Positions 1-8,565 of a DNA stretch of 64,000 bases are shown piece by piece. The position numbers and the translations under genes were made by a program. The notes beneath the pieces are model-generated. The model did no database searches, had not been told where the DNA came from, and worked only from the letters and a program-made list of their open reading frames with translations. The stretch is from a virus (taxonomy: Duplodnaviria; Heunggongvirae; Uroviricota; Caudoviricetes). Numbering within the stretch: position 1 is the first letter of the stretch; each line of letters begins with the position of its first letter. The stretch spans positions 20,600 through 84,599 of IMG/VR virus record IMGVR_UViG_3300049825_000338; one strand, 5' to 3'.

Positions 1-453
1 GCTGTCTCCACGGTGGTGCCCCAGCAATTTACCAATCCATCGGACCCTATCTTGCTCACTAGTGGTGTTCCTAGAACCCACAGCGGGCGACCGGCTGGTG
101 TGGCCTTCAGGCTAAGCATCATCTGGGCTAGCCTGTCCTGTTCCGGGCCAGTGAGACCTGCACCGATCTCCGTAGCGCCTCTCACCACGCGAGCGACGGT
201 ATCACTCCATGTTTCTACCTTCCCATCCTCAGACGTGCGTGCGTAGTGCGTGTGGTGGATGAACTGGCCCAGCGGACCCCATGGAGTAGATGAGTTTGAC
301 ATAGTAGATTTTTGTACGAACCTTCTTTAAAGACGACGAAAGGACGTCTCGGACTGAGCCGAAACGCCCTTCTGGGGTAGTAGCCTATTCTACCGCAGGA
401 CACCGAATAATGTGACTGCAATTCTAGGAAACCCTTGTAGGATAAGGGTTAAA

Positions 454-666
454 TTATTCTAGACGACTAAGAGCTTCGTCAGCCGTGATATTCCCCAACG
501 GACTTCCGACTGTATCAAGCTCTTGCTGCCACTCTTCGTCAGACATTGTTACACGTGCCATAAGAGCGTCAAACTCGTCATAGTCTTCGTTGTCGTCAGT
601 CAGTGGACTTGGTACCATCTCACTCACAATCCTACCGCCTTCATTGTCTCTAGAGCGCCAAACCAC
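454..666 (-). CDS. hypothetical acidic protein; last gene of the leftward operon
   Basis: ORF overlaps upstream lipoprotein gene by 43 nt; followed by 7-bp perfect stem hairpin (aaccctt/aagggtt ~425-445). Confidence 0.35.
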   Translation of the reverse strand: MVWRSRDNEGGRIVSEMVPSPLTDDNEDYDEFDALMARVTMSDEEWQQELDTVGSPLGNITADEALSRLE

Positions 667-2999
667 TTGCCTGTTCTATCAGCATCGCTTGAAAGTCCTC
701 CACCGTAGTGTACCCAGATTAACGCTTGAAACTCGTGAATCTTCATACGAGAAAACTGGTCCGGATGTTGTGTCTTAAGCGTGTTCAAAGCGTTACGCGT
801 AATCTTTGTTGTGTCACGGAACATTCCATCGCCAGGAGCAATGTGGTCCTTAACTGATCCAGCGCCTCGTTGAAAGATGTCTTGAGCGGTGGCGGCTTTC
901 TTTGTTCCTTTGGAATCTAGAGTCAGTTCTTTCATCGAGCCTCGTGACCCTTTATTGTGAAGTGGCGAATTTCCAGCCATAACTCGATAATGCCAGGTCT
1001 GCCCGCTGAAAAAAGTACGCCCTGCCCTACGAAAATAAGCCGTACCGTTATCAAGATTAGGACACCACACGAGTCCGTCATAAAGTTCTTCCGTGACGGT
1101 AAGAGCATCAACATGAATTGGCCGTGGCTTCAGAATTGACACATGGATATCTCCGCTAGGTGACACGTACCGTTTGGTGTTGAATCCAGCAATTCCGGCT
1201 ATGGCGTCAATATTGTCGGCCGCTAAGGAATCTTTACCTGTCCAGACGCGATTATTGTTTTTTCTTGTTCGACCGTCACCTAGAATCGCTGTGTCCAGAA
1301 ATCCATCGGCCTCATCAGCCGTCATAGAAGCAATAATTTCTTCCTTGAGTATACGTCCTTGAACCGTCTTATGTGCGTACGAACCTTCAGTAAACGAATC
1401 TCGAATTGCCAGAGCAGCAGGCCCCCCAACGGTCATTGTAGCCACACAACGATCATCACGATACCCGTACGGCCCTTCTTTAATCACAAATTCATCCGTC
1501 ACAGCACCAATATCAGCAAGCATTGTGACGTACTTGTCGGCGTTCACAGTGACAGACTGTGAACGTGTGATCTTGTTGGGGGAATTCTTAGGGATTGATC
1601 CATCAGAATGAATCCAGCCTAGCAATCGCGCCATTTTGACTCCGCCAACAATGCCAACATTACGGCCAATCGGGGCGGCTGTGTGGATTACGCCACTTGG
1701 TGGCAAAGAGTGTGATGGAGTGCGGTCACGTCGAGATATTGGTCCTGGCATGCGACTAGATGAAGTTATCCAGTTGTGATTTTTGGTGCAAACAACGTCA
1801 AACCTTGGTGACTTTTCGGAATAGCGCTTGCCTGAAATACGAACTACGTTGCCTGGCTCAGCTTGTCCAACATACACGTAGTTTATTGCCTGCCATTCTC
1901 CAACTTTCGTTTTCATGTTATAAGTCAAAGCCATATCACCTGGAATAACCTCAAAATATTTCAGCCAACCGCGCTGTGTAAGTAGTTCTGTTTCGGTGTC
2001 AAAGCAGTCGTTGGTGCTTGAGTAGTCCTTGTTCGGATTGGAGATATTAGAGAAAAATGACGAGTACTTCGGTCCCGATATTGATTGTCGTGATGTCACT
2101 TCGCCACGAAGAACGGCTACAGCCTGCTTTACTTGAAGCGTTCCCTTAGATGTGAACCACGGAAACGGAGGAGCAACTTTGTACTGCTCTGATGCTGACT
2201 TAGTGCCTGCTACAGTTCGGTCATGCCACTCGTTAAACGATCCGTGAGCGCGTAGGGCGTTAATGCTGTAGGCCGCTTCTACGAGAGTGGCTGAGTCAAG
2301 GTCTTTTGTAGAGACCGACCCCTCTTTAAGCTTCCCTCCGCACAGACCGACTTTACCAACTGCCTTGACTGACTTGCCGCAGCGCCACTGCATAAACTCT
2401 AGGTGCTTGGCTTCAATCTTTAGGTCAACCGGGTTCTTCACAATCTCGGCTAATGCTCGCGCTGTTTCGATGTTGCCGTTCTTGACACCAGACCACAAAC
2501 GTCCAGCAGAAAGTGTAGTCGCAGCTGCAACAACCTGATCCATTGGAATGCCGGTATCCGCCGAAATTGCCTTACAATCTTGGTTGGCTATTGAGTACCA
2601 CTTAGAATTGAGGGTGCCTTGAGTGGCCACTGCCAGGTCCACAGCACCAGACTTAGGATTGATTCCCATGGCAAGTTGTCCAGCCACAACAAGATTCGCC
2701 TCATATGCCGCCTTGGAAGGGCCGATGTCGTTCCAGAGGGTCGATAGCTTTGTTTCGGCTCCCTCACTAAATTTCGTAAAGTCACCCGATTCGGTAAGAC
2801 CTTCTACGCTCATTGTGCCGTCTTCGTAGAGTTTTTTCTGAGACGTATCGGACAGTCCCGTGAACAGGAGCTTTAAATCGTCACTACTTGTGAGCGCCAC
2901 ACCTGATCCGTCGCTGCTTCCTCCCGTACCTCCCGACGTAGGAGGTCTACAGGCCGCTGAATGGCAAGCAAAGACTAGTGACTGACGTGCGGACAACAT
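624..2999 (-). CDS. lipoprotein with intein-like Hint domain and LAGLIDADG endonuclease motifs
   Basis: N-term lipobox LVFAC; internal Cys-start splicing block CFDTE..., TxxH block (TKNH), two LAGLIDADG-like motifs (LLGWIHSDGS, FLDTAILGDG), C-terminal block ending FFSGQ|T. Confidence 0.65.
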   Translation of the reverse strand: MLSARQSLVFACHSAACRPPTSGGTGGSSDGSGVALTSSDDLKLLFTGLSDTSQKKLYEDGTMSVEGLTESGDFTKFSEGAETKLSTLWNDIGPSKAAYEANLVVAGQLAMGINPKSGAVDLAVATQGTLNSKWYSIANQDCKAISADTGIPMDQVVAAATTLSAGRLWSGVKNGNIETARALAEIVKNPVDLKIEAKHLEFMQWRCGKSVKAVGKVGLCGGKLKEGSVSTKDLDSATLVEAAYSINALRAHGSFNEWHDRTVAGTKSASEQYKVAPPFPWFTSKGTLQVKQAVAVLRGEVTSRQSISGPKYSSFFSNISNPNKDYSSTNDCFDTETELLTQRGWLKYFEVIPGDMALTYNMKTKVGEWQAINYVYVGQAEPGNVVRISGKRYSEKSPRFDVVCTKNHNWITSSSRMPGPISRRDRTPSHSLPPSGVIHTAAPIGRNVGIVGGVKMARLLGWIHSDGSIPKNSPNKITRSQSVTVNADKYVTMLADIGAVTDEFVIKEGPYGYRDDRCVATMTVGGPAALAIRDSFTEGSYAHKTVQGRILKEEIIASMTADEADGFLDTAILGDGRTRKNNNRVWTGKDSLAADNIDAIAGIAGFNTKRYVSPSGDIHVSILKPRPIHVDALTVTEELYDGLVWCPNLDNGTAYFRRAGRTFFSGQTWHYRVMAGNSPLHNKGSRGSMKELTLDSKGTKKAATAQDIFQRGAGSVKDHIAPGDGMFRDTTKITRNALNTLKTQHPDQFSRMKIHEFQALIWVHYGGGLSSDADRTGKWFGALETMKAVGL

Positions 3000-3004
3000 T
3001 TCTA

Positions 3005-3604
3005 CTAGAGTAGCATGTCAGCAACTACGTAGGCGAGATCGGCCATTTCGACGTCGTTATGAACAACATTGTCAACGTCAATATTGGCAACTTCCAGTTC
3101 GCTGGCATGCCCATTAAGTGGCCCTGTCCCTGGTCGATCCACTCTCCAGAGAATACCACCAGCATAGCGAACGGCCTCACCCTCGTTTGGGAACCGCAAG
3201 TCAGCAATCACGGCCTTGGGAACCTTTATGGCCGCTTCGATTGTTCGCGTGACCCAGATTTTGTCTCCCAAAAGGTTTCTGCCTACATCAGTGCCCATAC
3301 GCTGCCATAGCTCGCGACATTCCTTGCCATAACCGACATGTCCTTTGGCAACCTCAACAGCCTCATCCATAGAATCTGCCATGAGCGAATTGAGAAAGTC
3401 CTGGTAGCGAACTCCAGAAGCTAGCAGGGGGTTAAGTACCCAAACACACTCTTTAACTAGGCCAGCGAATTTGAATTTAGTGAACCCGTGATCGTTAACA
3501 AGAATAGCCGCTACGGTATCCTTACCAGACCTACCGTAGCCCGTCAGACCAACGAGCACCGGCGCTCCATCTCGTGCTCGATGAGCAAGCGAATTGTTGA
3601 CCAT
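3005..3604 (-). CDS. deoxynucleoside monophosphate kinase (T4 gp1-like)
   Basis: GLTGYGRSGKDT P-loop; blockwise similarity to T4 gp1 (AGLVKE, LWQRMGTD, RVDRPG). Confidence 0.75.
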   Translation of the reverse strand: MVNNSLAHRARDGAPVLVGLTGYGRSGKDTVAAILVNDHGFTKFKFAGLVKECVWVLNPLLASGVRYQDFLNSLMADSMDEAVEVAKGHVGYGKECRELWQRMGTDVGRNLLGDKIWVTRTIEAAIKVPKAVIADLRFPNEGEAVRYAGGILWRVDRPGTGPLNGHASELEVANIDVDNVVHNDVEMADLAYVVADMLL

Positions 3605-4131
3605 GACGCAACTCGCTGCACATTAGGATGATCCGCAGCATCTCGATTCCACGTCTGATCAAACAAAATCACATTCGGGCACCCCGTGTCAGCAAGACTT
3701 ACGCAATTCTCTTTTTTGTCGTCAATAGCGAAGTCGAAACGGTGACCACCATCTTTGTGTTGCCCGAGGTCTGCTAGTTCTAGTTCATAGTCAAATTTGA
3801 AGTGAGCCGCCAGCCACGCCTCCGTGGCGGTCCGCACTTCCGGACGTCTTGCGGTGAGGAAGGTAACTTCAGCGCCTTTCTCGGCAAGAATGGTGAGATT
3901 CCTCACCGCACCAGATATGGGTTTACCAGCACTAAAGAATCGCGGGGTTCTGAGCCATTCCTCATACAATGTATAGCTGACATCCCAATCTTTCATGAAC
4001 GACCACTGCGTGGGCCAAGGCTTGTTGTATTCCTTGGTCAGCAACCCGATGAAGTCGTATACAACTCCATCACAATCAACTGCTAGCTTCACGTTTTTCC
4101 TCTCGTTTTTCACATTCGATACCGATACCAA
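3544..4131 (-). CDS. HAD-family 5'(3')-deoxyribonucleotidase-like phosphatase
   Basis: LAVDCDGVVYDF (DxDG HAD motif I), later motifs LTAR, FAIDDK. Confidence 0.6.
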   Translation of the reverse strand: MVSVSNVKNERKNVKLAVDCDGVVYDFIGLLTKEYNKPWPTQWSFMKDWDVSYTLYEEWLRTPRFFSAGKPISGAVRNLTILAEKGAEVTFLTARRPEVRTATEAWLAAHFKFDYELELADLGQHKDGGHRFDFAIDDKKENCVSLADTGCPNVILFDQTWNRDAADHPNVQRVASWSTIRLLIEHEMERRCSLV

Positions 4132-4489
4132 GTGCTTGTCGTTCAGGGTCTTTCAAGACCCTCCCGCACTTGTAGCAACACTTCGCTGCCCGTAGCTCGG
4201 TTTCCAGCTTACCGGCTAACGAGAGGTAGTAGTCAGAATCTTCCGGGTACATCTCTGCTGCCCGCTGCATTTTGTGGATACGTCGCGCCTTGCGAACGTT
4301 GTGCTCCTTCTTTCCCTTAGAGACGGCCTGCGCAGACGGGTCCGATTCCGTGTTCGATTGAGTACTCATCGGTGAGCGTCCTTCCGCAACAAATGCATTT
4401 GCCGTACAGTTTACCGTACGCTCCCGCTTCCTCCTTGGTAAGTTTCTTGGCAGCGCCGAGCTTTCTGACAGCACCCTGAGCAAACTCAA
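4076..4489 (-). CDS. small Zn-ribbon motif protein (CxxCGRxLxDxxxxxxGIGxxC); true start probably internal, near 4270
   Basis: C-terminal CYKCGRVLKDPERQALGIGIEC; 173-nt overlap with upstream gene disappears if started at the internal Met (MQRAAE). Confidence 0.4.
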   Translation of the reverse strand: MSLLRVLSESSALPRNLPRRKRERTVNCTANAFVAEGRSPMSTQSNTESDPSAQAVSKGKKEHNVRKARRIHKMQRAAEMYPEDSDYYLSLAGKLETELRAAKCCYKCGRVLKDPERQALGIGIECEKREEKREASS

Positions 4490-4793
4490 ACGTTCCTGTC
4501 TCGCTCAGCTTCTTGGCGTACAAGTGCCCTGAACCGTGCTTAGCCTGCTGGACCTTAAAGACTTCATCATCGAGGATATAGAACCCTTCAGTAACCTCCG
4601 TACGAGGAACAATTACCGGCTTGGCTGTTGTATGAAGCCGCTTAAGAGTCATCAAGAAGGTGTCGATGGCCCTAGAAGCATCTTCACGCGAAAGATCAGC
4701 AAGATCAAGCATGAACTCTGGCTCGAACTTTTGCATTTTCTGAACCAGGTCTTGAAGAAAGCTAATCTGCTTTGGCGTTGCAAAAGAGGTCAT
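4317..4793 (-). CDS. hypothetical protein with C-terminal Zn-ribbon motif (paralog of downstream gene)
   Basis: C-terminal CICCGRTLTDEYSIEHGIGPVC. Confidence 0.5.
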   Translation of the reverse strand: MTSFATPKQISFLQDLVQKMQKFEPEFMLDLADLSREDASRAIDTFLMTLKRLHTTAKPVIVPRTEVTEGFYILDDEVFKVQQAKHGSGHLYAKKLSETGTFEFAQGAVRKLGAAKKLTKEEAGAYGKLYGKCICCGRTLTDEYSIEHGIGPVCAGRL

Positions 4794-4824
4794 GAGGTCA
4801 TTATGCCCTATCTAGTCCCTCTTG

Positions 4825-5175
4825 TCAAGCAGAACTTGCTGCATCTTGGTAAAGATTTGCAATAGACAGACCCATCATAGCAATGTCGTGGTCCTCTTGA
4901 CCACCTGCGTCAAACAATATGGATGTTGCCAGCAGCGCCCCACCAAGTGCCTCGACGGTCAAGAGTCCTTGAGCAAGAAAGGCGTCTCTGACAGTGGCTC
5001 GGTATTGGTCGGCAATCGCTGTGAATTGGGGACTAGTCGTGTATCTGTCGGTCTCTAATGGCTCGGTTAATTCGCTTTCGGCAGGCGTACTTGGCTTGCT
5101 CTTTCTTCCGATCCACGAAAGTAGTTGCACGGTTGCGAATACCGTTGCGCATGTCTTCCAAAAGTTCTTTATCAC
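4825..5175 (-). CDS. hypothetical protein (competes with overlapping basic ORF 5033-5227)
   Basis: ORF only. Confidence 0.3.
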   Translation of the reverse strand: MIKNFWKTCATVFATVQLLSWIGRKSKPSTPAESELTEPLETDRYTTSPQFTAIADQYRATVRDAFLAQGLLTVEALGGALLATSILFDAGGQEDHDIAMMGLSIANLYQDAASSA

Positions 5176-5196
5176 GAAACCTCCTCGGCTTTCTGT

Positions 5197-5967
5197 TCAT
5201 CTTCGCTGACCTGTTACTGTTGTCCATGCACTGCTAACAGTTCGTTCAGCCTCATATGAGTCCATCCCTGCTTGAATAGCAGCCTTCACAGCCTCTCTAA
5301 GCCTATCAGAGCTAAGAACACCCGAAGCGATTAGCTCTGACAAAAAACAGGATTGCTTAAAGAGCGTGATATTGCGCGACCCTTCGGCCATCGCAGCCAA
5401 CGTACCAATAATGCCGTCAGCCAATTCAGCGACAATTGTTGACTCCGAACCAGAGAAAGTGCTCACGGTCACAGCACGTCTTGGCTTGTCCGAGTACCCA
5501 GGAATGCCTACATCGGGCAGACGAGCGATAGGTGCGTCTCTCACGATCTGGTACGTGCCCGCTGACGTGACCGAGCCAGGACCAACAACAAGGCCTCCCT
5601 CAGCTCTTACGTCGATACCAGGTTTCCACCCTACGCAAGACTGTCTCTGAACGACGTCACGAAAGTACAGGTGCCATCCTCCGCCTTCGCGTGGAGATTT
5701 AACGGTCAGTGTTTCTGGCCACTCATTCCACTCAGGTTCGTTGTCGTCGAAGTCGACAACAACAAGGCCACCACTAGGTGCACCGGTGGCTACGCCGATG
5801 TTGTAGTTAGGATTCGAAAAGTATGCGAGGGCTATCTGCGGAATCGTCGTCGCTGCCTGCCTCCAGCCCTTCTGAACTGGCTTCTTCCCCTCCAGTGGGA
5901 ACAGGGCCAGGCCGAGAGAGGTGAGTTTCGTGATGAGAATAGACAGCGAGGGCGATGCCATGATCAA
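5197..5967 (-). CDS. bifunctional DNA primase/polymerase (PrimPol) N-terminal domain protein
   Basis: KKPVQKGW and NIGVATGAPSGGLVVVDFDD motifs typical of Prim-Pol domain. Confidence 0.7.
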   Translation of the reverse strand: MIMASPSLSILITKLTSLGLALFPLEGKKPVQKGWRQAATTIPQIALAYFSNPNYNIGVATGAPSGGLVVVDFDDNEPEWNEWPETLTVKSPREGGGWHLYFRDVVQRQSCVGWKPGIDVRAEGGLVVGPGSVTSAGTYQIVRDAPIARLPDVGIPGYSDKPRRAVTVSTFSGSESTIVAELADGIIGTLAAMAEGSRNITLFKQSCFLSELIASGVLSSDRLREAVKAAIQAGMDSYEAERTVSSAWTTVTGQRR

Positions 5968-6099
5968 GTCCTGACGATTGGATGATGTCGTAGATTATAG
6001 CGGCTGCCGTAAGGACAAACACATCACTAGGACGCGTGGATAAATGACGATTAAGCTCTCCGTAAGCCATAACAGCTGCTGCTGTTACGCCCGAAATTG

Positions 6100-6456
6100 C
6101 TAGGCCTGGCTCTTCAACAGGCGAGAATGAATCGTCGGACATGATACCTCCAGAAATGTTCGTAGTTCTGGATCGCAATCTTTGTAGTTATCTGTGTCCC
6201 AACCAGGAAGGCCCAGACACTGCTCGAAAACATGACCAGCAAGACGAGACGAAATGAGCGGAGGATCACCACTAGCAAGTGACTCTTCTAGTAGTACTAG
6301 GAACGTCTTTGCCTGGTTCTTCGCTAACGACATCTCACCGTCGTAAACGATACTGAAAAGTTGGTTGCTCACCCGATGACCCATCCTAGTTCCTTCAATC
6401 CTTCCACAACATCCTTTCTGTGACCAAAGCCACCGACCACCTGCACGTGGCCCCAA
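6100..6456 (-). CDS. hypothetical protein (probable start at internal Met ~6384)
   Basis: ORF between helicase and PrimPol; full-length version overlaps the helicase 3' end by 88 nt. Confidence 0.3.
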   Translation of the reverse strand: MGPRAGGRWLWSQKGCCGRIEGTRMGHRVSNQLFSIVYDGEMSLAKNQAKTFLVLLEESLASGDPPLISSRLAGHVFEQCLGLPGWDTDNYKDCDPELRTFLEVSCPTIHSRLLKSQA

Positions 6457-7964
6457 TCACCATCATACCGGTGTGAACGGCCTACGGACTGAATTACTTG
6501 TGAACGAGTCTCTTCCCTCCACAGGACTTGGTCGGCAGTCTTAGGTGCGTTCTGCGGGACACGGCTAATCACGACCGAGCGAAGAAGCTCTCCCGGCAGA
6601 TCAACACCCGTTCCAGCACCAGCCAGGCAACCAACAATCATGTGGTTCCGATGATTCGCCTTGAACGTCTGAATGGCCTTGATACGATCAACACCGCTGT
6701 AGTAGCGCAGAACTGCTCGCGAAGCCTCTAGGGGCAACTGAGCGACCACTGCGTCAAGATCGTCGCGGCTCACGAACAACCCCATCAGCGCACCTCCCTT
6801 AGCAAACTCGTCAGCAAGAACTGCTGCCACGTTTGCGGCCCATGCAGCGTGTGCCTGACGCTGTGCTTGTGTGCCCTTTGACCACGCCCATGCTGGGCCA
6901 GCGATTTCAGAAACACGACTTGCCGAGACATCGAGACCTTCGAGCTTGACAAGTGAAGCGTCAAGACCAAGCTCTTGCACGTTGCGCTCGCTCAGCGTTC
7001 CCGACATCGCTACGACTTTGCGGCCAATCATCACGTCCGTCAGGTCAGCTGGAATGGTCAGAACTGTGCGGCGACCATCAGTATCAAACTGTGGGCGGCC
7101 CTTGCCCTTCATCGCTCCCATGAAGCGACGTGCGTGCTTGGCCATCTTGTGCTCATCATCGCTAGCCCATTTGACTACCAGCGCCATCGTCTCGTCCGGA
7201 CCTTCAGCAGCGATCTCGGCCTCCGCCTCAGTCACGTTGCGGTAACGAGGACGAACTACCAGCTGCACACCAAGAATGCTCTTCAGCGGCTCAACATCAG
7301 CATGACCTTCGTCCAGCACAATGAGGGCGTCATCAACCATGTTCTTGGCCCACTCAACGTAGCCGCCCAGACCAAGACCAAGCATCGTGGCGTTGGTGAT
7401 CACGACATCCGAGGCGATAGCCGTGTCACGAGCCTGCCACAACGGGCAGGCGCTCGCACGGCGGATCGAACAGTCTTCGCACGGCGATGAGGTAGTGTCT
7501 TCATCTTCCTCGGTCTCGTCGTCTTCCGGATCGCTCACGAGCGCCGTCACAGAATGATTGATGTAGATGCGAGGCTCTAGGCCGCTGCCAATGAACGTGC
7601 CGTTCTCGATCACGAACGCCCGCTGAGCGTCGGTCAACCCAGCGAGGCTGGGCGAGGCCTTCGGGCACCAGTAGTGGCTCTTGCCAACTAGCGTTGCAAT
7701 GGTTGCATCCGTGGCGTTCGACCAGGCGTCGATCTCGCTGGCGTATTGGCTGATCAGACCGTTGGAGTGCATGGCGATTATGCCCTTGCCATGAGCAATA
7801 GCTGCGGCCACGGCGATAAGGCTTTTGCCTACGCCCGTTGGGGCCATCAGAGCAATGTGACCATCCGAACCGTCAATCTCCGCCGCCGCCGCCGCCTGGC
7901 CAGGACGCACTTCGCGCCCCTGGTCTTCGCAGATAGCGGTGAGGACTTCAAGAGTTGTGGACAT
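6369..7964 (-). CDS. DinG/XPD(Rad3)-like ATP-dependent DNA helicase with Fe-S cluster domain
   Basis: Walker A APTGVGKS, DEGH box, four-Cys cluster (YWC...CEDC...C), C-terminal helicase motifs; consensus leaderless promoter immediately upstream. Confidence 0.8.
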   Translation of the reverse strand: MSTTLEVLTAICEDQGREVRPGQAAAAAEIDGSDGHIALMAPTGVGKSLIAVAAAIAHGKGIIAMHSNGLISQYASEIDAWSNATDATIATLVGKSHYWCPKASPSLAGLTDAQRAFVIENGTFIGSGLEPRIYINHSVTALVSDPEDDETEEDEDTTSSPCEDCSIRRASACPLWQARDTAIASDVVITNATMLGLGLGGYVEWAKNMVDDALIVLDEGHADVEPLKSILGVQLVVRPRYRNVTEAEAEIAAEGPDETMALVVKWASDDEHKMAKHARRFMGAMKGKGRPQFDTDGRRTVLTIPADLTDVMIGRKVVAMSGTLSERNVQELGLDASLVKLEGLDVSASRVSEIAGPAWAWSKGTQAQRQAHAAWAANVAAVLADEFAKGGALMGLFVSRDDLDAVVAQLPLEASRAVLRYYSGVDRIKAIQTFKANHRNHMIVGCLAGAGTGVDLPGELLRSVVISRVPQNAPKTADQVLWREETRSQVIQSVGRSHRYDGDWGHVQVVGGFGHRKDVVEGLKELGWVIG

Positions 7965-7970
7965 AGAGAT

Positions 7971-7999
7971 ATTATGCGCCTTCTGAGTAGAAAAGTCAA
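7971..7999 (-). promoter_or_regulatory. sigma-70-type promoter for helicase gene (leaderless)
   Basis: minus strand: TTGACT (7994-7999), 17 nt spacer, CATAAT (7971-7976), then 6 nt, then ATG at 7964. Confidence 0.55.
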
Positions 8000-8044
8000 G
8001 AGGTTGACCAAAGAAATCACGCCAATATCCTCAAACCTCGGGCT

Positions 8045-8230
8045 GCTCAACTAGCGGGCACCTCTAGACGTTTGCAACCGCCTAGCGCCTGGCTACTCGT
8101 GCCGACTGACGTAATGATCCTTCCGCTGTGCTCGTCTGCACACCAGGGTCTGGCCCTACAGCAATGGATTCTAACTCATCCGGCGCAGGATCATTATGTG
8201 ATTGATGGATACTGGCGTGATCTCTCCAGT
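8045..8230 (-). ncRNA. candidate non-coding RNA (~180 nt) transcribed from consensus promoter, no ORF
   Basis: promoter at 8237-8265 points into an interval with no ATG/GTG-initiated ORF >20 codons in any minus frame; predicted long-range 10-bp pairing UAAUGAUCCU/AGGAUCAUUA and local hairpins. Confidence 0.3.
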
Positions 8231-8236
8231 AACTAC

Positions 8237-8265
8237 AGTCTACTCCACCTTGCTCGCTGCGTCAA
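8237..8265 (-). promoter_or_regulatory. sigma-70-type promoter with no downstream ORF
   Basis: minus: TCTTGACG (8260-8265), 17 nt, TAGACT (8237-8242); palindrome GTGACGTACGTCAC 9 bp upstream. Confidence 0.45.
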
Positions 8266-8276
8266 GAGATATCTAT

Positions 8277-8290
8277 GTGACGTACGTCAC
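8277..8290. promoter_or_regulatory. GTGACGTACGTCAC palindromic putative regulator-binding site
   Basis: perfect 14-bp palindrome; same motif recurs at 23866, 29901 and in degenerate form at 21256, always 9 bp upstream of a -35 box. Confidence 0.5.
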
Positions 8291-8553
8291 TTACCTGGCA
8301 TGTAGTGCTTGCCTTTCGCAAGCGTTTTCGCAAGGTTTTTCAGCACGCGAGGGTTATGAGCAGCGCGAGCTTTAAGTACGTTGAGTCGGCCACCCTTACG
8401 CACGCCTATCCGAGAGTTAGAAATAGCCGCAGCCTTCTCTTTAGAGTAACCCTTCGATCTGAGAATATCGTACAGGTACGGCCATTTCAAAGAAGGTGAA
8501 CGCCCGTAGGCATTCACCTTCTTTGCTAACTCAATGGCTGACCGCTCTGGCAT
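8287..8553 (-). CDS. hypothetical basic protein
   Basis: ORF only. Confidence 0.4.
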   Translation of the reverse strand: MPERSAIELAKKVNAYGRSPSLKWPYLYDILRSKGYSKEKAAAISNSRIGVRKGGRLNVLKARAAHNPRVLKNLAKTLAKGKHYMPGK

Positions 8554-8565
8554 GAGACCATCTTA

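Noticed and set aside
13-421. ORFs 13-246 (+) and 215-421 (-) at the window edge
   Set aside because: No motifs, and they overlap each other and the terminal hairpin region. An open minus-strand frame starting near 124-126 (ATGATG) and running off the left edge may be the real gene, but it cannot be supported.
5033-5227. 64-aa highly basic ORF overlapping the PrimPol 3' end and ORF 4825-5175
   Set aside because: Mutually exclusive with 4825-5175 and the sequence gives no means to choose; left uncalled.
2287-7490. Various 60-170-aa ORFs antisense to or inside the lipoprotein and helicase genes (for example 2287-2538, 6871-7245, 6975-7490)
   Set aside because: They are embedded in confidently called longer genes on the opposite strand or frame; GC-rich coding regions commonly give long open antisense frames.
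8072-8305. 77-aa plus-strand ORF in the 8.0-8.3 kb gap
   Set aside because: Wrong strand for the cluster; it overlaps a consensus minus-strand promoter, the palindrome and the candidate ncRNA; no RBS.
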